Source: Chthoniobacteraceae bacterium (GTDB lineage: Bacteria; Verrucomicrobiota; Verrucomicrobiia; Chthoniobacterales; Chthoniobacteraceae). Taken from it: DNA of 64,000 nucleotides. The position numbers and the translations under genes were made by a program. Positions 38,535 through 48,691 of the stretch are shown here, piece by piece; the stretch's first letter is position 1, and each line of letters starts with the position of its first letter. A model generated the notes under the pieces. The model was not told where the DNA came from, did not search any database, and saw nothing but the letters and a program-made list of their open reading frames with translations. The stretch covers positions 27,032 to 91,031 of the forward strand of contig JBBCKI010000003.1 in NCBI GenBank assembly GCA_037190965.1. Direction: 5' to 3'.

Positions 38535-39443
38535 ATGGCCGACGAGAATCCCCCAGTAACCGATCCTAACCTCTCCAAGAAGGCAACTGTTCGCATCACG
38601 CTCCCGCCTAAACCGGCAGCGGCGGGGAACGAACCGAAGAAGGAAACCATCCGCATCACCCTTCCGCAGCCTGCCTCTGGTGCCAAGAAGGAGACCGTGA
38701 GGATCGGCGAAGCCAAAAAGGAAACCATTCGTATCAGCCTTCCTCCCCAGGCCGGCAAGCGCGACACCATCCGGATCGACGGGCCCGCCGCCGGAAGCGA
38801 AGAATCCCGCACGACGATGCGCATCAACGTCCCGGATGCCGGTGCCTCGCGCACGACGATGAGGATCAATGTGCCGGAAACTCAGGACGCCAACCCCAAA
38901 AAGGGTTCCGCGCAGCTTGCCGCTGAAGTCCCTGCCGCTCCTTCGGCTCCGGCTGTTCCCGCTGCCCCTTCGGCTCCCAAAGCGCCGCTGCCTCCTCCTC
39001 CCATTTCCAAGCCGGCTCCGCCGAAACCTCCGGGTCTTAGCGGCCTGAAACCGCCGACACCGCCGGCACCTCCTTCGATGCCCAAGCCTCCGGCCGCCGC
39101 CGTGCCTCCTGCCCCGGCAGTACCGCCCGCCCGCCCGGCTGCTCCGGCAACTCCTGCCGCTCCCGCAGCCGCTGCCGCTGCACCGGTGATCCAAAAGCCG
39201 GTCACGCCGAAGAAGGAAACCACGCGCATTCAGGTTGCCCCGGAACCCAAGACGTTGCCCAAGGCGACGGTGAAGCTCCAGCAATCCGCCCCGGCGGCAC
39301 CGGCCCCTGCGGCTCCCATCAAAACGGCGGAAGCACCCGCAGCATCCTCGAACGCGGCAGATCCGCTCATCCTTCCGCTAAGCCTCGGCGCGGCGGCAGC
39401 AGCAGCCTTCGCGCTCGTGGCAGCAATCTTGGCGTCCTCCTAG
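38535..39443 (+). CDS. Pro/Ala-rich protein with repeated KKETxRI motifs and C-terminal membrane anchor
   Basis: Start at ATG 38535; nine T-x-[RK]-[IL] motif copies; hydrophobic C-terminus. Confidence 0.75.
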   Translation: MADENPPVTDPNLSKKATVRITLPPKPAAAGNEPKKETIRITLPQPASGAKKETVRIGEAKKETIRISLPPQAGKRDTIRIDGPAAGSEESRTTMRINVPDAGASRTTMRINVPETQDANPKKGSAQLAAEVPAAPSAPAVPAAPSAPKAPLPPPPISKPAPPKPPGLSGLKPPTPPAPPSMPKPPAAAVPPAPAVPPARPAAPATPAAPAAAAAAPVIQKPVTPKKETTRIQVAPEPKTLPKATVKLQQSAPAAPAPAAPIKTAEAPAASSNAADPLILPLSLGAAAAAAFALVAAILASS

Positions 39444-39492
39444 TTTTCTTTTTTAAGCAAACCCATCGAGGCGAATCAGCCGAACCTTTATC

Positions 39493-39822
39493 ATGGCCAG
39501 CGAAAACGTACTGAACCTAACCGACGCAAACTTCGACCAAGAGGTCGCCAATTCCGCAGCCCCCGTCCTCGTGGACTTCTGGGCAACGTGGTGCGGCCCG
39601 TGCAAGATGATTGCGCCGATCATCGACGAAATCGCCAACGAAAAGGCAGGAACCGTGAAAGTCGGGAAAGTCGACGTGGACCAGAACCAGGCCATCTCGG
39701 CCCGGTACGGCATCCGCGCGATTCCGACGCTGCTCCTCTTCAAGGGCGGCGAGGTCAAGGAACAGATCGTCGGCATGGTGAGCAAGAAAGATCTCCTCGC
39801 CAAAATCGAAGCGATCTCCTGA
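39493..39822 (+). CDS. trxA: thioredoxin
   Basis: [14 protein letters not shown]. Confidence 0.97.
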   Translation: MASENVLNLTDANFDQEVANSAAPVLVDFWATWCGPCKMIAPIIDEIANEKAGTVKVGKVDVDQNQAISARYGIRAIPTLLLFKGGEVKEQIVGMVSKKDLLAKIEAIS

Positions 39823-39838
39823 TCCTCGTTTAAGCATC

Positions 39839-42223
39839 TCAAAACGGCGTCCTCCGAAAACGGAGACGCCGTTTTTCTCTTTCCGGCCCCGGGATCACGA
39901 TCACTTCCCGCCCTTCGGGCATCGCCCTGCGTTTGAGAAGCCGGGGGCCTTCGCGGGTAAAATAGAGCGAAGATCCGGGCTCGACGGTTACCGGATTCAT
40001 GGATCGCTGTGACTCCAGAGCCCTCCGCAGCACCGACGGGCGCGACGCGGGGGCAATCTGATCCGATTGCCAGTTTGTGTTCGACTCTCGCTGGGGCAAT
40101 CCTCCAATTGGAGATTCCTGCCCGGCCACGGGAGCCGCTGGGAAAACCGGGATCAACGAGTCGTGCGCACTGCAACGGACGCGGGGAATCATCCCCAGGG
40201 GGAGATCCGCCGTGTAGCCGGTCCCCGCATTCTGACACCCAATGGTCGCCCTCAAGCCGGTTTCTGCACAGAGCTGCACCCGAAACCGCTGCACGGTCCC
40301 TCCCAGCGCTTCGGCGGGATAACTGGCGAGCGGAGCGGCCTCCATGAAATCGACCCAGATGGGGAGCGCGAGAATCGAACCATAGCCCTTATGCATGATG
40401 GCCTTAGGCTTGTCGAAACCGACCCAGACCCCGCATGTCAACGAACGGGTGTATCCGACGAACCACGCGTCGCGGTACTCGTTCGTGGTCCCGGTCTTGC
40501 CTGCGGCGGGGCGCGTGAGACCAAGTTTGGCCGCCCGCGCAGCGGTGCCGTTTTTGAGGACCTGCTCCAGCAACTCGGTCGTCAGATCCGCCGCGCCGCT
40601 TCCAATCGCGCGAATTCGGGCACGCATCAAGGTTGCACCGGCATCGAAGATGACCGCCCCTCGTGCATCCTCAATCCGGACAATCAGGAAGCTCGGCGAC
40701 CATACCCCTCCATTGGGAAATGCCGTGTAGGCCGACGTTAAATCGCGCAAGGTCGTTTCAAACGCGCCCAGAAACGACGCCGGGTATAACGGGACCCCCC
40801 GCAATCCAAGGAGCGCCGCTGTTTTACACACCGTCTCCAGTCCGGCGAACTCCCCCACCCGCACGCTCATCGTATTACGGGAACGGATTAGCCCCACGGC
40901 GGCAGGCAGCCAGCCTCCATAATCGCCGTCGGAGTTGTCCGGCGACCATTTTTTGGGGATGTCCGCGAACTCTCCCGGTTCAATGCGCCAGTCGCCCACA
41001 TAGGAGCCCGGTAGCAGCCCCCGCTCAAACGCCGTGGCGTAGACAAACGGCTTGAAGGTGGAGCCCGCCTGCCGTCGGGCCAGACATGCCCGGTCGTACT
41101 TGCTATGCGAATAATCACGCCCCCCCACGAGGGCGCGAATTGCCCCGGAGCGGTTGTCGATGGCGATCAACGCGGCTTGAAGATATAGCGTCGGGTTTTC
41201 ATCCTTGCTACCGGGCGGCGCAAGAAGATGTCCTGCCTTGCGGGGATGCCCCCATCCGGGCTGCGCCTCGATCGCCGCCGTGCGGCGCACCACCGCATCC
41301 TCGGCCGCTTTTTGCAGGACGGGATCGATCGTTGTATAAATCTTCAGCCCTCCCTTGGTGATCTGCTCCTCGGTCAGAAGCCGGTCGAGATCCCGGCGTA
41401 CCGCGTCCATGACATAGCTTTCCTGAGAAGGCAGATACCGGTTGCCCTGTACCTTGAGAGGCTCCTCCTTTGCCAGAGCCTCGCGTTCCGGCGTCAACAT
41501 CCCGAGAGCGGTCATTCTGGCGAGCACCGCATCCCGCTGCTCCACTGCCCCCCGGGGATTGGTGATGGGTGAAAAGCGGTTGGGGCTTCGGATGATCCCC
41601 ACCAGGGTGGCGCATTCGGAGAGCGTCAACGCTTCGGCGGTCTTCCCGAAATAAACCTGCGCCGCCCGTTGCAAACCGTAGGCCCCGGCGCCGAAATAGA
41701 CCCGGTTGATATAGAACTCCAGGATCTGCGTCTTGCTGAAGGTCCGCTCGATACGTTGCGCCAGGAGGGCTTCAAGAATCTTGCGATCGAGGGTCTTTTC
41801 CGTCATCCGGAACGAATTGCGCGCGAGTTGCTGGGTGATCGTGCTGGCCCCCTGGCGCACGCTCCCTTCCTTCAGGTTGACCATGGAAGCGCGAACAATC
41901 CCGGAGTAATCCAGGCCCGAGTGCGCCCAGAAACGCGCATCCTCACGGGCCAGCAACGCGTTGAGGAAATCCCCCGGCACCCGCTTGAGGGGGATGAGAA
42001 AGCGGTTCTCGCCTTGAATATAGGAAAAGATCCTCCCGTGCCCGTCATAAACCGCCGAGCGCTGAGGAATCAGCCGAACCTCCGAAAGATCGAACTTTGA
42101 AGCGCGTTCCGCATATTCCAGATAAAGGACGCCCCCGACGGTTAACCCGGCGATCCCCAGAATCACCCCCGCCCGGAACAGCCCCAATACCCCACTGGCG
42201 AGCAGCTTGCCGACTCTCTTCAT
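39839..42223 (-). CDS. class A penicillin-binding protein (PBP1A family)
   Basis: Transglycosylase EDARF, GASTITQQ, RKILE; transpeptidase STFK, SRN, KTG; start at ATG 42223. Confidence 0.92.
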   Translation of the reverse strand: MKRVGKLLASGVLGLFRAGVILGIAGLTVGGVLYLEYAERASKFDLSEVRLIPQRSAVYDGHGRIFSYIQGENRFLIPLKRVPGDFLNALLAREDARFWAHSGLDYSGIVRASMVNLKEGSVRQGASTITQQLARNSFRMTEKTLDRKILEALLAQRIERTFSKTQILEFYINRVYFGAGAYGLQRAAQVYFGKTAEALTLSECATLVGIIRSPNRFSPITNPRGAVEQRDAVLARMTALGMLTPEREALAKEEPLKVQGNRYLPSQESYVMDAVRRDLDRLLTEEQITKGGLKIYTTIDPVLQKAAEDAVVRRTAAIEAQPGWGHPRKAGHLLAPPGSKDENPTLYLQAALIAIDNRSGAIRALVGGRDYSHSKYDRACLARRQAGSTFKPFVYATAFERGLLPGSYVGDWRIEPGEFADIPKKWSPDNSDGDYGGWLPAAVGLIRSRNTMSVRVGEFAGLETVCKTAALLGLRGVPLYPASFLGAFETTLRDLTSAYTAFPNGGVWSPSFLIVRIEDARGAVIFDAGATLMRARIRAIGSGAADLTTELLEQVLKNGTAARAAKLGLTRPAAGKTGTTNEYRDAWFVGYTRSLTCGVWVGFDKPKAIMHKGYGSILALPIWVDFMEAAPLASYPAEALGGTVQRFRVQLCAETGLRATIGCQNAGTGYTADLPLGMIPRVRCSAHDSLIPVFPAAPVAGQESPIGGLPQRESNTNWQSDQIAPASRPSVLRRALESQRSMNPVTVEPGSSLYFTREGPRLLKRRAMPEGREVIVIPGPEREKRRLRFRRTPF
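39841..39881 (+). terminator. rho-independent terminator after trxA
   Basis: AAAACGGCGTC-c-TCCG-aaaa-CGGA-GACGCCGTTTT followed by T-rich tail; overlaps the 3' end of the convergent PBP ORF. Confidence 0.65.
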
Positions 42224-42347
42224 GTTCTCCTTGAAAGCTCCGCTTTTCCCCCATTGTTTCGGGATCCGCCTCAGGAATGGCTCTCGAATGGCGGTCACCC
42301 CACCACCCGGGTTTGCACCCTGCGTGGAGGCGTGCTAAAGAGGCGTT

Positions 42348-44426
42348 ATGTTCCGCACCCTTTTCGCTTTTTTCTTTTTGGCAGTCTTCACCGGCATGGC
42401 ACCGGCGCAGAGTATAGGGTCGGGCATCGGCTCCGGCGTTGGGGTGGATATTCCCGGGCAATCGCAAATCCAGGCCGATCTGCTGGCCAATGTCACCGGC
42501 GTTGCCCCCGGGAAACCCTTCAGGGCGGGAGTGCGTCTCAAAATTGCCCCGGGTTGGCACACTTATTGGATCAATTCCGGCGATTCGGGACTGCCCGTCT
42601 CGGTGGAATGGAACCTGCCCGAAGGATGGAAAGCAGGAGCGCTGGAATGGCCGCTCCCGGACAAACACCTGGAGCCGGGAGACATGCTCACCTATGGGTA
42701 CGACAACGAAGTGCTTCTGATGGCGGAGATCACCCCTCCTGCCAATTTGACACCCGGCCAGGAAGCGCAACTCCGGGCCAAGGTGAGTTGGTTGGTCTGC
42801 GAGCGGATCTGCGTCCCGGGCAGCGCGGAACTCGATTTGAAAATTCCCGTCGTCGAGACTCCCGAGCCAAACGAAACCGCGCTTTTTGCCCGGTATGAGG
42901 CGAAACTGCCCAAACAGGGGCCGCCTCCCTTCAAGCTCCGTTGGGAACGGCATGACACGGAAGTCTACCTGAAACTCTCAGACCTCCCTGCCGACGCGAA
43001 AATTGACTTCTACCCCGTCACCGACATTCCGAGACACCCGGAACTCCTCTCCCCCGGGGTGCTCCGGATTCCATTCCCAAAGCCGCCGGATCAACCCTTT
43101 GTCCGGGGCCTTCTGATCGTGGAGGATCCCGCCACCGGCTCAAGGGAGGGATGGTATGTAGAAACCCGTTCCGAGCAGGGCATGGGGAAATCGACCTCTT
43201 CAACCCCCGGCGGCATTGAACCTGGCGCGAACCAGGGGCTGACAATCGCGCGCGCGCTCGGGCTTGGGCTCCTCGGTGGCTTTATCCTGAACCTGATGCC
43301 GTGCGTGCTGCCGGTCATCGCCCTCAAGATTTTCGGCTTTATCGGGCAGGCGGGCGAATCGCGGCAGCGGGTCTTCCGCGTTGGATTAGCGTTTGTCGCG
43401 GGAATCTTTGCGTGGTTCATGATGCTGGCCGCGCTGGTCGTAGGCGCCAGGGCCGCCGGGCATGAACTTGCCTGGGCGTTCCAGTTCCAGAATCCCGTGT
43501 TCGTCTTCTCGATGGCGATTCTCGTCTTCGTCTTCGCCCTCAACCTGCTGGGCCTCTTCGAAATCTGGATTCCGGGTACCGGGCGGATCGTCAGCCTTTC
43601 CTCCAAGGAGGGGTACGGTGGCGCTTTCCTCCACGGCGCATTCGCCACGCTGCTGGCCACCCCCTGCACGGGGCCGTTTCTGGGGCCGGTGTTGCCGCTG
43701 GCGTTCACGCAGAGCGCGGGAGTCACCTTTGCGATGTTTGCCGCCATCGCGACAGGAATGGGACTGCCCTATCTTGTTCTCACCGCGCAACCGGCGTGGA
43801 TGCGTTTTCTCCCCAAGCCCGGCCCGTGGATGGTGCGGCTCAAACAGCTCATGGGGTTCCTGCTTCTCGGCACCGTCGTCTGGCTGCTCGGGGTGCTCTC
43901 CTCACTGGGGGAGAAATCTGACGGCATCAGCGCCATATGGATCCTGCTGGGAGTCGGAACGGCCTGCTGGATCTTCGGCACCTGGATCACCCCCGGCGCG
44001 CGGCGGTTTCAGCAGGCGTTGGCGCTTCTCGCCATGGCAGGGGCCATCGGGTTGAGCCTCTTCTTCGCACGGCCCCGGGAAACGGCGGGCTGGGAGAACT
44101 GGACGCCCGAGCGCGTCGCGATGCTCCGCAAGGAAGGGAAACCGATTTTCATCGATTTCACTGCCGACTGGTGCCTGAACTGCAAATACAACGAACGCTT
44201 CATTCTGGATGCCGAGCCGGTTCGGGCGGCGCTGCGCAACTTTGTCACCCTGAAGGCGGACTGGACCAAGGGCGATCCGGTGATCACGGCGGAGCTCAAG
44301 CGTCTTGGCCGTAGCGGTGTCCCGGTTTACGCCGTCTACCCCGAGGGCGAAGGCGAAGCCGAAATCCTGCCCGAGATCCTGACGCAAAACATCGTGATCG
44401 ACGCCTTGCGCCGGGCTCGTCAATAA
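42348..44426 (+). CDS. dsbD: protein-disulfide reductase DsbD family
   Basis: WHTYW and CERIC N-domain, MPCVLP and TPCTGP TM cysteines, WCLNC thioredoxin domain. Confidence 0.88.
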   Translation: MFRTLFAFFFLAVFTGMAPAQSIGSGIGSGVGVDIPGQSQIQADLLANVTGVAPGKPFRAGVRLKIAPGWHTYWINSGDSGLPVSVEWNLPEGWKAGALEWPLPDKHLEPGDMLTYGYDNEVLLMAEITPPANLTPGQEAQLRAKVSWLVCERICVPGSAELDLKIPVVETPEPNETALFARYEAKLPKQGPPPFKLRWERHDTEVYLKLSDLPADAKIDFYPVTDIPRHPELLSPGVLRIPFPKPPDQPFVRGLLIVEDPATGSREGWYVETRSEQGMGKSTSSTPGGIEPGANQGLTIARALGLGLLGGFILNLMPCVLPVIALKIFGFIGQAGESRQRVFRVGLAFVAGIFAWFMMLAALVVGARAAGHELAWAFQFQNPVFVFSMAILVFVFALNLLGLFEIWIPGTGRIVSLSSKEGYGGAFLHGAFATLLATPCTGPFLGPVLPLAFTQSAGVTFAMFAAIATGMGLPYLVLTAQPAWMRFLPKPGPWMVRLKQLMGFLLLGTVVWLLGVLSSLGEKSDGISAIWILLGVGTACWIFGTWITPGARRFQQALALLAMAGAIGLSLFFARPRETAGWENWTPERVAMLRKEGKPIFIDFTADWCLNCKYNERFILDAEPVRAALRNFVTLKADWTKGDPVITAELKRLGRSGVPVYAVYPEGEGEAEILPEILTQNIVIDALRRARQ

Positions 44427-44487
44427 AAAGCCTGACACTCCCCTCAAACCGCAGCGCAATTCCCATCCGAAGCCCGAACCTTTCCTC

Positions 44488-45318
44488 GTGTCGATCACGC
44501 GCATTCTCTCCGACCTTCATTACGGCCACCCCGCCACGTATTTGCGTGACCTCAAGCAGATCGGCCCGCTTCTCGAAGGGGCGGACCGGGTCGTCTTTAA
44601 CGGAGACTCCGTTGAGATGCGTTTTGTCAAGGAACGCGAGCAGGGCGCGGCTGACTTCGCCCTTTTCAAAGCCTTCTGCGCTCAAATCGGCATCGACGCC
44701 GTCTTCCTGACCGGCAATCACGATCCCGCGCTCACCGACCTCAATCACCTGGATCTTGCGGAAGGAGCCATCCTCGTCACCCACGGTGACATCCTCTTTC
44801 ACGGCCTTTCCCCATGGAGCCGGGAGGTCAAGGCCCTTCAGGACGCCCACACCCGGTTCCTGGCTGCCGCCGGTAACCCGCCCACGCTGGAGCCGCGCCT
44901 CGTGGCTGCCCGCCTGGCCGCCCTCTCCATCGAAAACCTCGGCCCCCGGGCTCACCACCACGCCCGCGTCCGTTCCCTTCCCGGGTTCATCCAGGAAGTC
45001 TGGCCCTTCTGGCGTCCACTCAAAATGCTGGAGTGCTGGATGCAAACCCCGGCCCTTGCCGCGGCTTTCGCCGCCCAATACCGCCCCAAGGCAAACTGCA
45101 TCCTCATCGGCCACACCCACCGGGCTGGCGTCTGGAAACGAAAAGGCCGCACCATCATCAACACCGGCAGCTTCCTCCCGTACTCCGGCATGCTGGCCGT
45201 CGACCTCACCGCAGATTCGCTCACCGTCCGTAAGATCGTCGAAAGCCAAGGTTGCTTCCGCCTCGGGCGGGAAGTGGCGCGGGTGGAGCTGGGTCGCGAA
45301 GGGGCGTTTCGGGGTTAG
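44488..45318 (+). CDS. metallophosphoesterase
   Basis: SDLH, NGD, GNHD, HGD, GHTH. Confidence 0.88.
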   Translation: MSITRILSDLHYGHPATYLRDLKQIGPLLEGADRVVFNGDSVEMRFVKEREQGAADFALFKAFCAQIGIDAVFLTGNHDPALTDLNHLDLAEGAILVTHGDILFHGLSPWSREVKALQDAHTRFLAAAGNPPTLEPRLVAARLAALSIENLGPRAHHHARVRSLPGFIQEVWPFWRPLKMLECWMQTPALAAAFAAQYRPKANCILIGHTHRAGVWKRKGRTIINTGSFLPYSGMLAVDLTADSLTVRKIVESQGCFRLGREVARVELGREGAFRG

Positions 45319-45397
45319 GTGTTGGTTTTCCCTCTTAGGCTTCCGCCTTTCCTAGCCACCAAAAGCTAGTCTAAATCGTTCGGTAATAACCAAATAA

Positions 45398-45943
45398 ATG
45401 CGTGCACTGCTAATTCCTATAGCCATTCTGCTTCTTACGGAATGCTCGCGAGTAGAAGAAGAGCCTCTCGGGAGACTTCAGAAGATCGAAGTGTTCTTCC
45501 GATCAGCATCGCCGGGTGAAACAGAGGCAGAGCTCCTTCTCTATCGGCTCACGTGCGACAAACGCGTTATCGTATGCCACCACGGGTCGGGGGTGGAGAC
45601 ACCTGAGCAGGAAGTTCAGAGCCTGAAGGAGTCGATCAAAAAGTGGCGGCAGTTGTCTGATGCGCGCCGCACGAGCCCACTGGCATTACTCAATGCTATC
45701 GATTTCGCTGATAAAGACGGCAAGGTTTATGGTGGAGAGGTTCACCTCGTATTTTATCCGGATGCTCGAAACATCCTTAGCATGAACAGCGTAGACTTTT
45801 CGGGAGGCCTTTTTCAGAAAATTGAGCCAGATATGGAAGTGCGAAGCACCGACAAGCGAGTCGTATCACTGGAGATCGGAAGTGAATCACGTTGGCGGAA
45901 GACCGTTGATGTAGGCACTAAAGATGCAGCAACTGGACCATAA
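45398..45943 (+). CDS. hypothetical exported/lipoprotein-like protein, probable gene cassette
   Basis: Short signal-like N-terminus ending LTEC; codon usage unlike neighbours; followed by an attC-like site. Confidence 0.6.
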   Translation: MRALLIPIAILLLTECSRVEEEPLGRLQKIEVFFRSASPGETEAELLLYRLTCDKRVIVCHHGSGVETPEQEVQSLKESIKKWRQLSDARRTSPLALLNAIDFADKDGKVYGGEVHLVFYPDARNILSMNSVDFSGGLFQKIEPDMEVRSTDKRVVSLEIGSESRWRKTVDVGTKDAATGP

Positions 45944-45946
45944 AAT

Positions 45947-46007
45947 GCCGTATCAGGCGTCAGAGCCAATGCCCGCCGCGGTCGTAACTCATTCTTTGAC
46001 TTTAGGC
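45947..46007 (+). repeat. degenerate attC-like recombination site
   Basis: GCCGTATCAGGCGTCAGAGCCAA...GGTCGTAACTCATTCTTTGACTTTAGGC begins 3 nt after the stop; both R boxes are mutated; GTTCGGT at 45378-45384 upstream of the gene. Confidence 0.45.
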
Positions 46008-46285
46008 GTCGCTACCCGCTCATCATGAAAAACACTTTGCGAAAGCTGCTTGAGGCTTCCGAACGCACTCCGAATGCGAATGGACAGGGACTCCTCCGTT
46101 CTCGCTCACCGATATGATTGAGCCGTGCTACGAGCGCGCAGCCGAGCAGTTCCCCACGTTGTGTATATTCGCAATCTTTTTGATAAACATATTTCGAAAA
46201 TCCACCCTCCACAAACACCAATCGGGTAGCCACCCTCTCCTGTTGATTTTACCCCTCCCCACGGGGCGCTTCCTGGGGTAGGCTG

Positions 46286-47398
46286 ATGTCAGCGATGTCT
46301 TCAATCCGCCATCTTTACGTTCATATCCCATTTTGCCCCAAGGTCTGCCCGTACTGCTCGTTCTACAAAGAGGCGTCGGACCGGAACAAGACGCGGGTGT
46401 TCCTTGATGCGCTGTTGGCGGAACTGGAGCGCGAGACCACGCAACGTGTACTGCGGCCTCAGACAATCTTTTTCGGGGGTGGAACGCCGAGCGCGCTCTC
46501 CACGTCACAACTCGATTACTTGCTTTCCGGAATGCGCGAGCGGCTCGATTTGAGTGATCTCGCGGAATGGACGCTGGAGATGAATCCCGCGACGGTTTCC
46601 CTGGAGAAAGCGAGCACGCTCCGGGGGCTCGGCGTCAACCGGATCAGCATGGGCGTGCAGTCGTGGGACCCCGCGCTCCTTAAGGTCCTGGGCCGGGTCC
46701 ACACCGCCGCCCAGGCGGAGCGTTCCTACGAGATCCTGCGGGAGGCGGGCTTCGAGAACGTCAACCTCGACCTGATTTTCGCCGTGCCGACCCAGTCGCG
46801 TGAACAGTGGCGCAGCACGCTGGAAAAAACCATTTCGCTGAAGCCGAACCATATCTCCTCCTACTGCCTTACCTACGAGGAGGACACCGCTTTTTACACG
46901 AAGTTCCAGAACGGCGAATTCACGCAGGACCAATCGTGGGACGCCGATTTGTTTGAAACCACCATCGACCTCCTCGGAGAGGCTGGTTTCGAGCAATACG
47001 AAATCTCCAATTACGCTCTCCCCGGCCGCGAATGCCTGCACAATCTCGCCTATTGGCTCGGGTCGGATTACCTGGGGCTCGGGCCAAGCGCATTTTCCAC
47101 CTGCGGCTCTCAACGCTGGCAGAACATCGCAGAGACCTCGGAGTACTCCACGCGCATCCTCAAAGGGGAATCCGCCGTGTCGTTTACCGAATCGTTGGAT
47201 GCGCCCACGCGCCGTAGCGAAGCGATTGCCTTTGGCCTGCGAACCAGCCACGGAGTGCCGCTCGATCTCCTGGAGCCGTGGAAGGCGAAGGTGGACGAAT
47301 ACCTGAGCGAAGGCTTTTTCGCCGATGCCGGAGACCGGGTGAGGCTGACGCGAAAAGGCAAAATGGTGGCCGACACGCTCGCGGAAACCTTCATTTGA
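46286..47398 (+). CDS. hemW: radical SAM heme chaperone HemW (HemN-like)
   Basis: YVHIPFCPKVCPYCSF, GGGTPS, YEISNY, HNLAYW. Confidence 0.9.
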   Translation: MSAMSSIRHLYVHIPFCPKVCPYCSFYKEASDRNKTRVFLDALLAELERETTQRVLRPQTIFFGGGTPSALSTSQLDYLLSGMRERLDLSDLAEWTLEMNPATVSLEKASTLRGLGVNRISMGVQSWDPALLKVLGRVHTAAQAERSYEILREAGFENVNLDLIFAVPTQSREQWRSTLEKTISLKPNHISSYCLTYEEDTAFYTKFQNGEFTQDQSWDADLFETTIDLLGEAGFEQYEISNYALPGRECLHNLAYWLGSDYLGLGPSAFSTCGSQRWQNIAETSEYSTRILKGESAVSFTESLDAPTRRSEAIAFGLRTSHGVPLDLLEPWKAKVDEYLSEGFFADAGDRVRLTRKGKMVADTLAETFI

Positions 47399-47399
47399 T

Positions 47400-48479
47400 A
47401 TGATCTACGACGCCCTCATTGCGGGAGCAGGGCCCGCAGGGGCGACCTGTGCGGCGTTTTGCGCGCAGGCGGGGTTGCGCGTTCTCGTTCTGGAGCGCGA
47501 GGAGTTCCCGCGCGAGAAAGTCTGCGGCGACTGCCTGAATCCGCTCTGCTGGCCGGTCCTGGACAGGATGGGTGCCGCCGAAACGGTGATGACCCTCGCC
47601 CACTCAAAGCTGCGCTATGTGGAGATCGCGACCATGAGCCGGACGATCCTCCGCTATCCACTACCGGAGCGGGAATACGGAGAAATCGCCGTGAAGCGAA
47701 GCCTCTTCGATACGGCACTGGCGAATCGGGCGGCCCAACTCGGGGCGGAGATTCGCCACGGTGCGGCGATCACCGGGCTGGAACGCACGAAGGGAGCATG
47801 GCGCGTGCGGGCAGGCCGGGAAGTTTTCACCGCAAGACGGATCGTCGCAGCCGATGGACGGAATTCGACCCTCGCGCGCCTGCTCGGGATTCTTCCTCCC
47901 GCCGGGAGGGAAAGAGTGGCGCTCCAGGCTCATTTCCCAGCTCCGGTCGGCTATGGGGAAAAAGCGCTCCTCCGGTTCTTGCCTGAAGGATACTGCGGCG
48001 TGGCCAGCATCGGCGAAGGGATGATCAATCTCTGCCTGGTGGGGGAACCCCGAGCCATTCCCGCGCTTCAACGCCGTGCTGCGGAACTGGGGTTGAGCCC
48101 CAAGCCAGAATCCAAAACAGGATGGCGAACCATTGCTCCCCTCGCCCGCGCTCCGCTCCCCCCGGCCGGCATGAAGGGGCTGGAGGGCGTCCTGCTCGCC
48201 GGCGACGCAGCCCGTGTGGTTGAGCCATTCACCGGGGAAGGCATCTACTACGCGCTCGCCTCCGGAGAGCTTGCCGCCGCGCATCTTGCCGGGCGCAGCA
48301 CGGCGGCGGAGTTTGTGGCAGCCCATCGCCAACTCTACGCGGGGAGGCTCTGGATCAACCGGTTGGCAAAACTCGCCGTGTTGCATCCGCGAGTCGCCAG
48401 CGCGCTTTTCGAGGCGACACGCATCGCCCCTGCGGCCCTCCGCTTCCTGACCTCCAGGGTGGTAGGCTCGGGGCGCTAG
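47400..48479 (+). CDS. FAD-dependent oxidoreductase (geranylgeranyl reductase-like)
   Basis: GAGPAG, FPREKVCGD, ADGRNS, GDAA...PFTGEGI. Confidence 0.88.
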   Translation: MIYDALIAGAGPAGATCAAFCAQAGLRVLVLEREEFPREKVCGDCLNPLCWPVLDRMGAAETVMTLAHSKLRYVEIATMSRTILRYPLPEREYGEIAVKRSLFDTALANRAAQLGAEIRHGAAITGLERTKGAWRVRAGREVFTARRIVAADGRNSTLARLLGILPPAGRERVALQAHFPAPVGYGEKALLRFLPEGYCGVASIGEGMINLCLVGEPRAIPALQRRAAELGLSPKPESKTGWRTIAPLARAPLPPAGMKGLEGVLLAGDAARVVEPFTGEGIYYALASGELAAAHLAGRSTAAEFVAAHRQLYAGRLWINRLAKLAVLHPRVASALFEATRIAPAALRFLTSRVVGSGR

Positions 48480-48531
48480 CGTTAGCTGAACACCGGGTTG
48501 AGAAGAAGAAATAGAGGGCCTTTGGCCATAG

Positions 48532-48650
48532 GCGGCGTCGTGGAACTCCGCCCTCCCTCTACGGCGCGACAAGCGCGCGCGGGGCGAAAGCTTCTTGATA
48601 AACCAGTGTGGCAATACCCGCCAACGGAGGGCGGAGCTCCGCGACGCCGC
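48532..48650. repeat. REP-like inverted doublet (GGAGGGCGGAGCTCCGCGACGCC family)
   Basis: 25-bp inverted repeat 48532-48556 / 48626-48650 with 2 mismatches, between convergent genes. Confidence 0.7.
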
Positions 48651-48691
48651 AATCCTTGCAGTCGAAGGCTCACTTTCTTCGTAAACTCTGC

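Noticed and set aside
38930..39200. Repetitive GC-rich DNA as a possible CRISPR or tandem array
   Set aside because: It is Pro/Ala low-complexity coding sequence without constant repeat-spacer periodicity; I saw no CRISPR array or cas gene in the window
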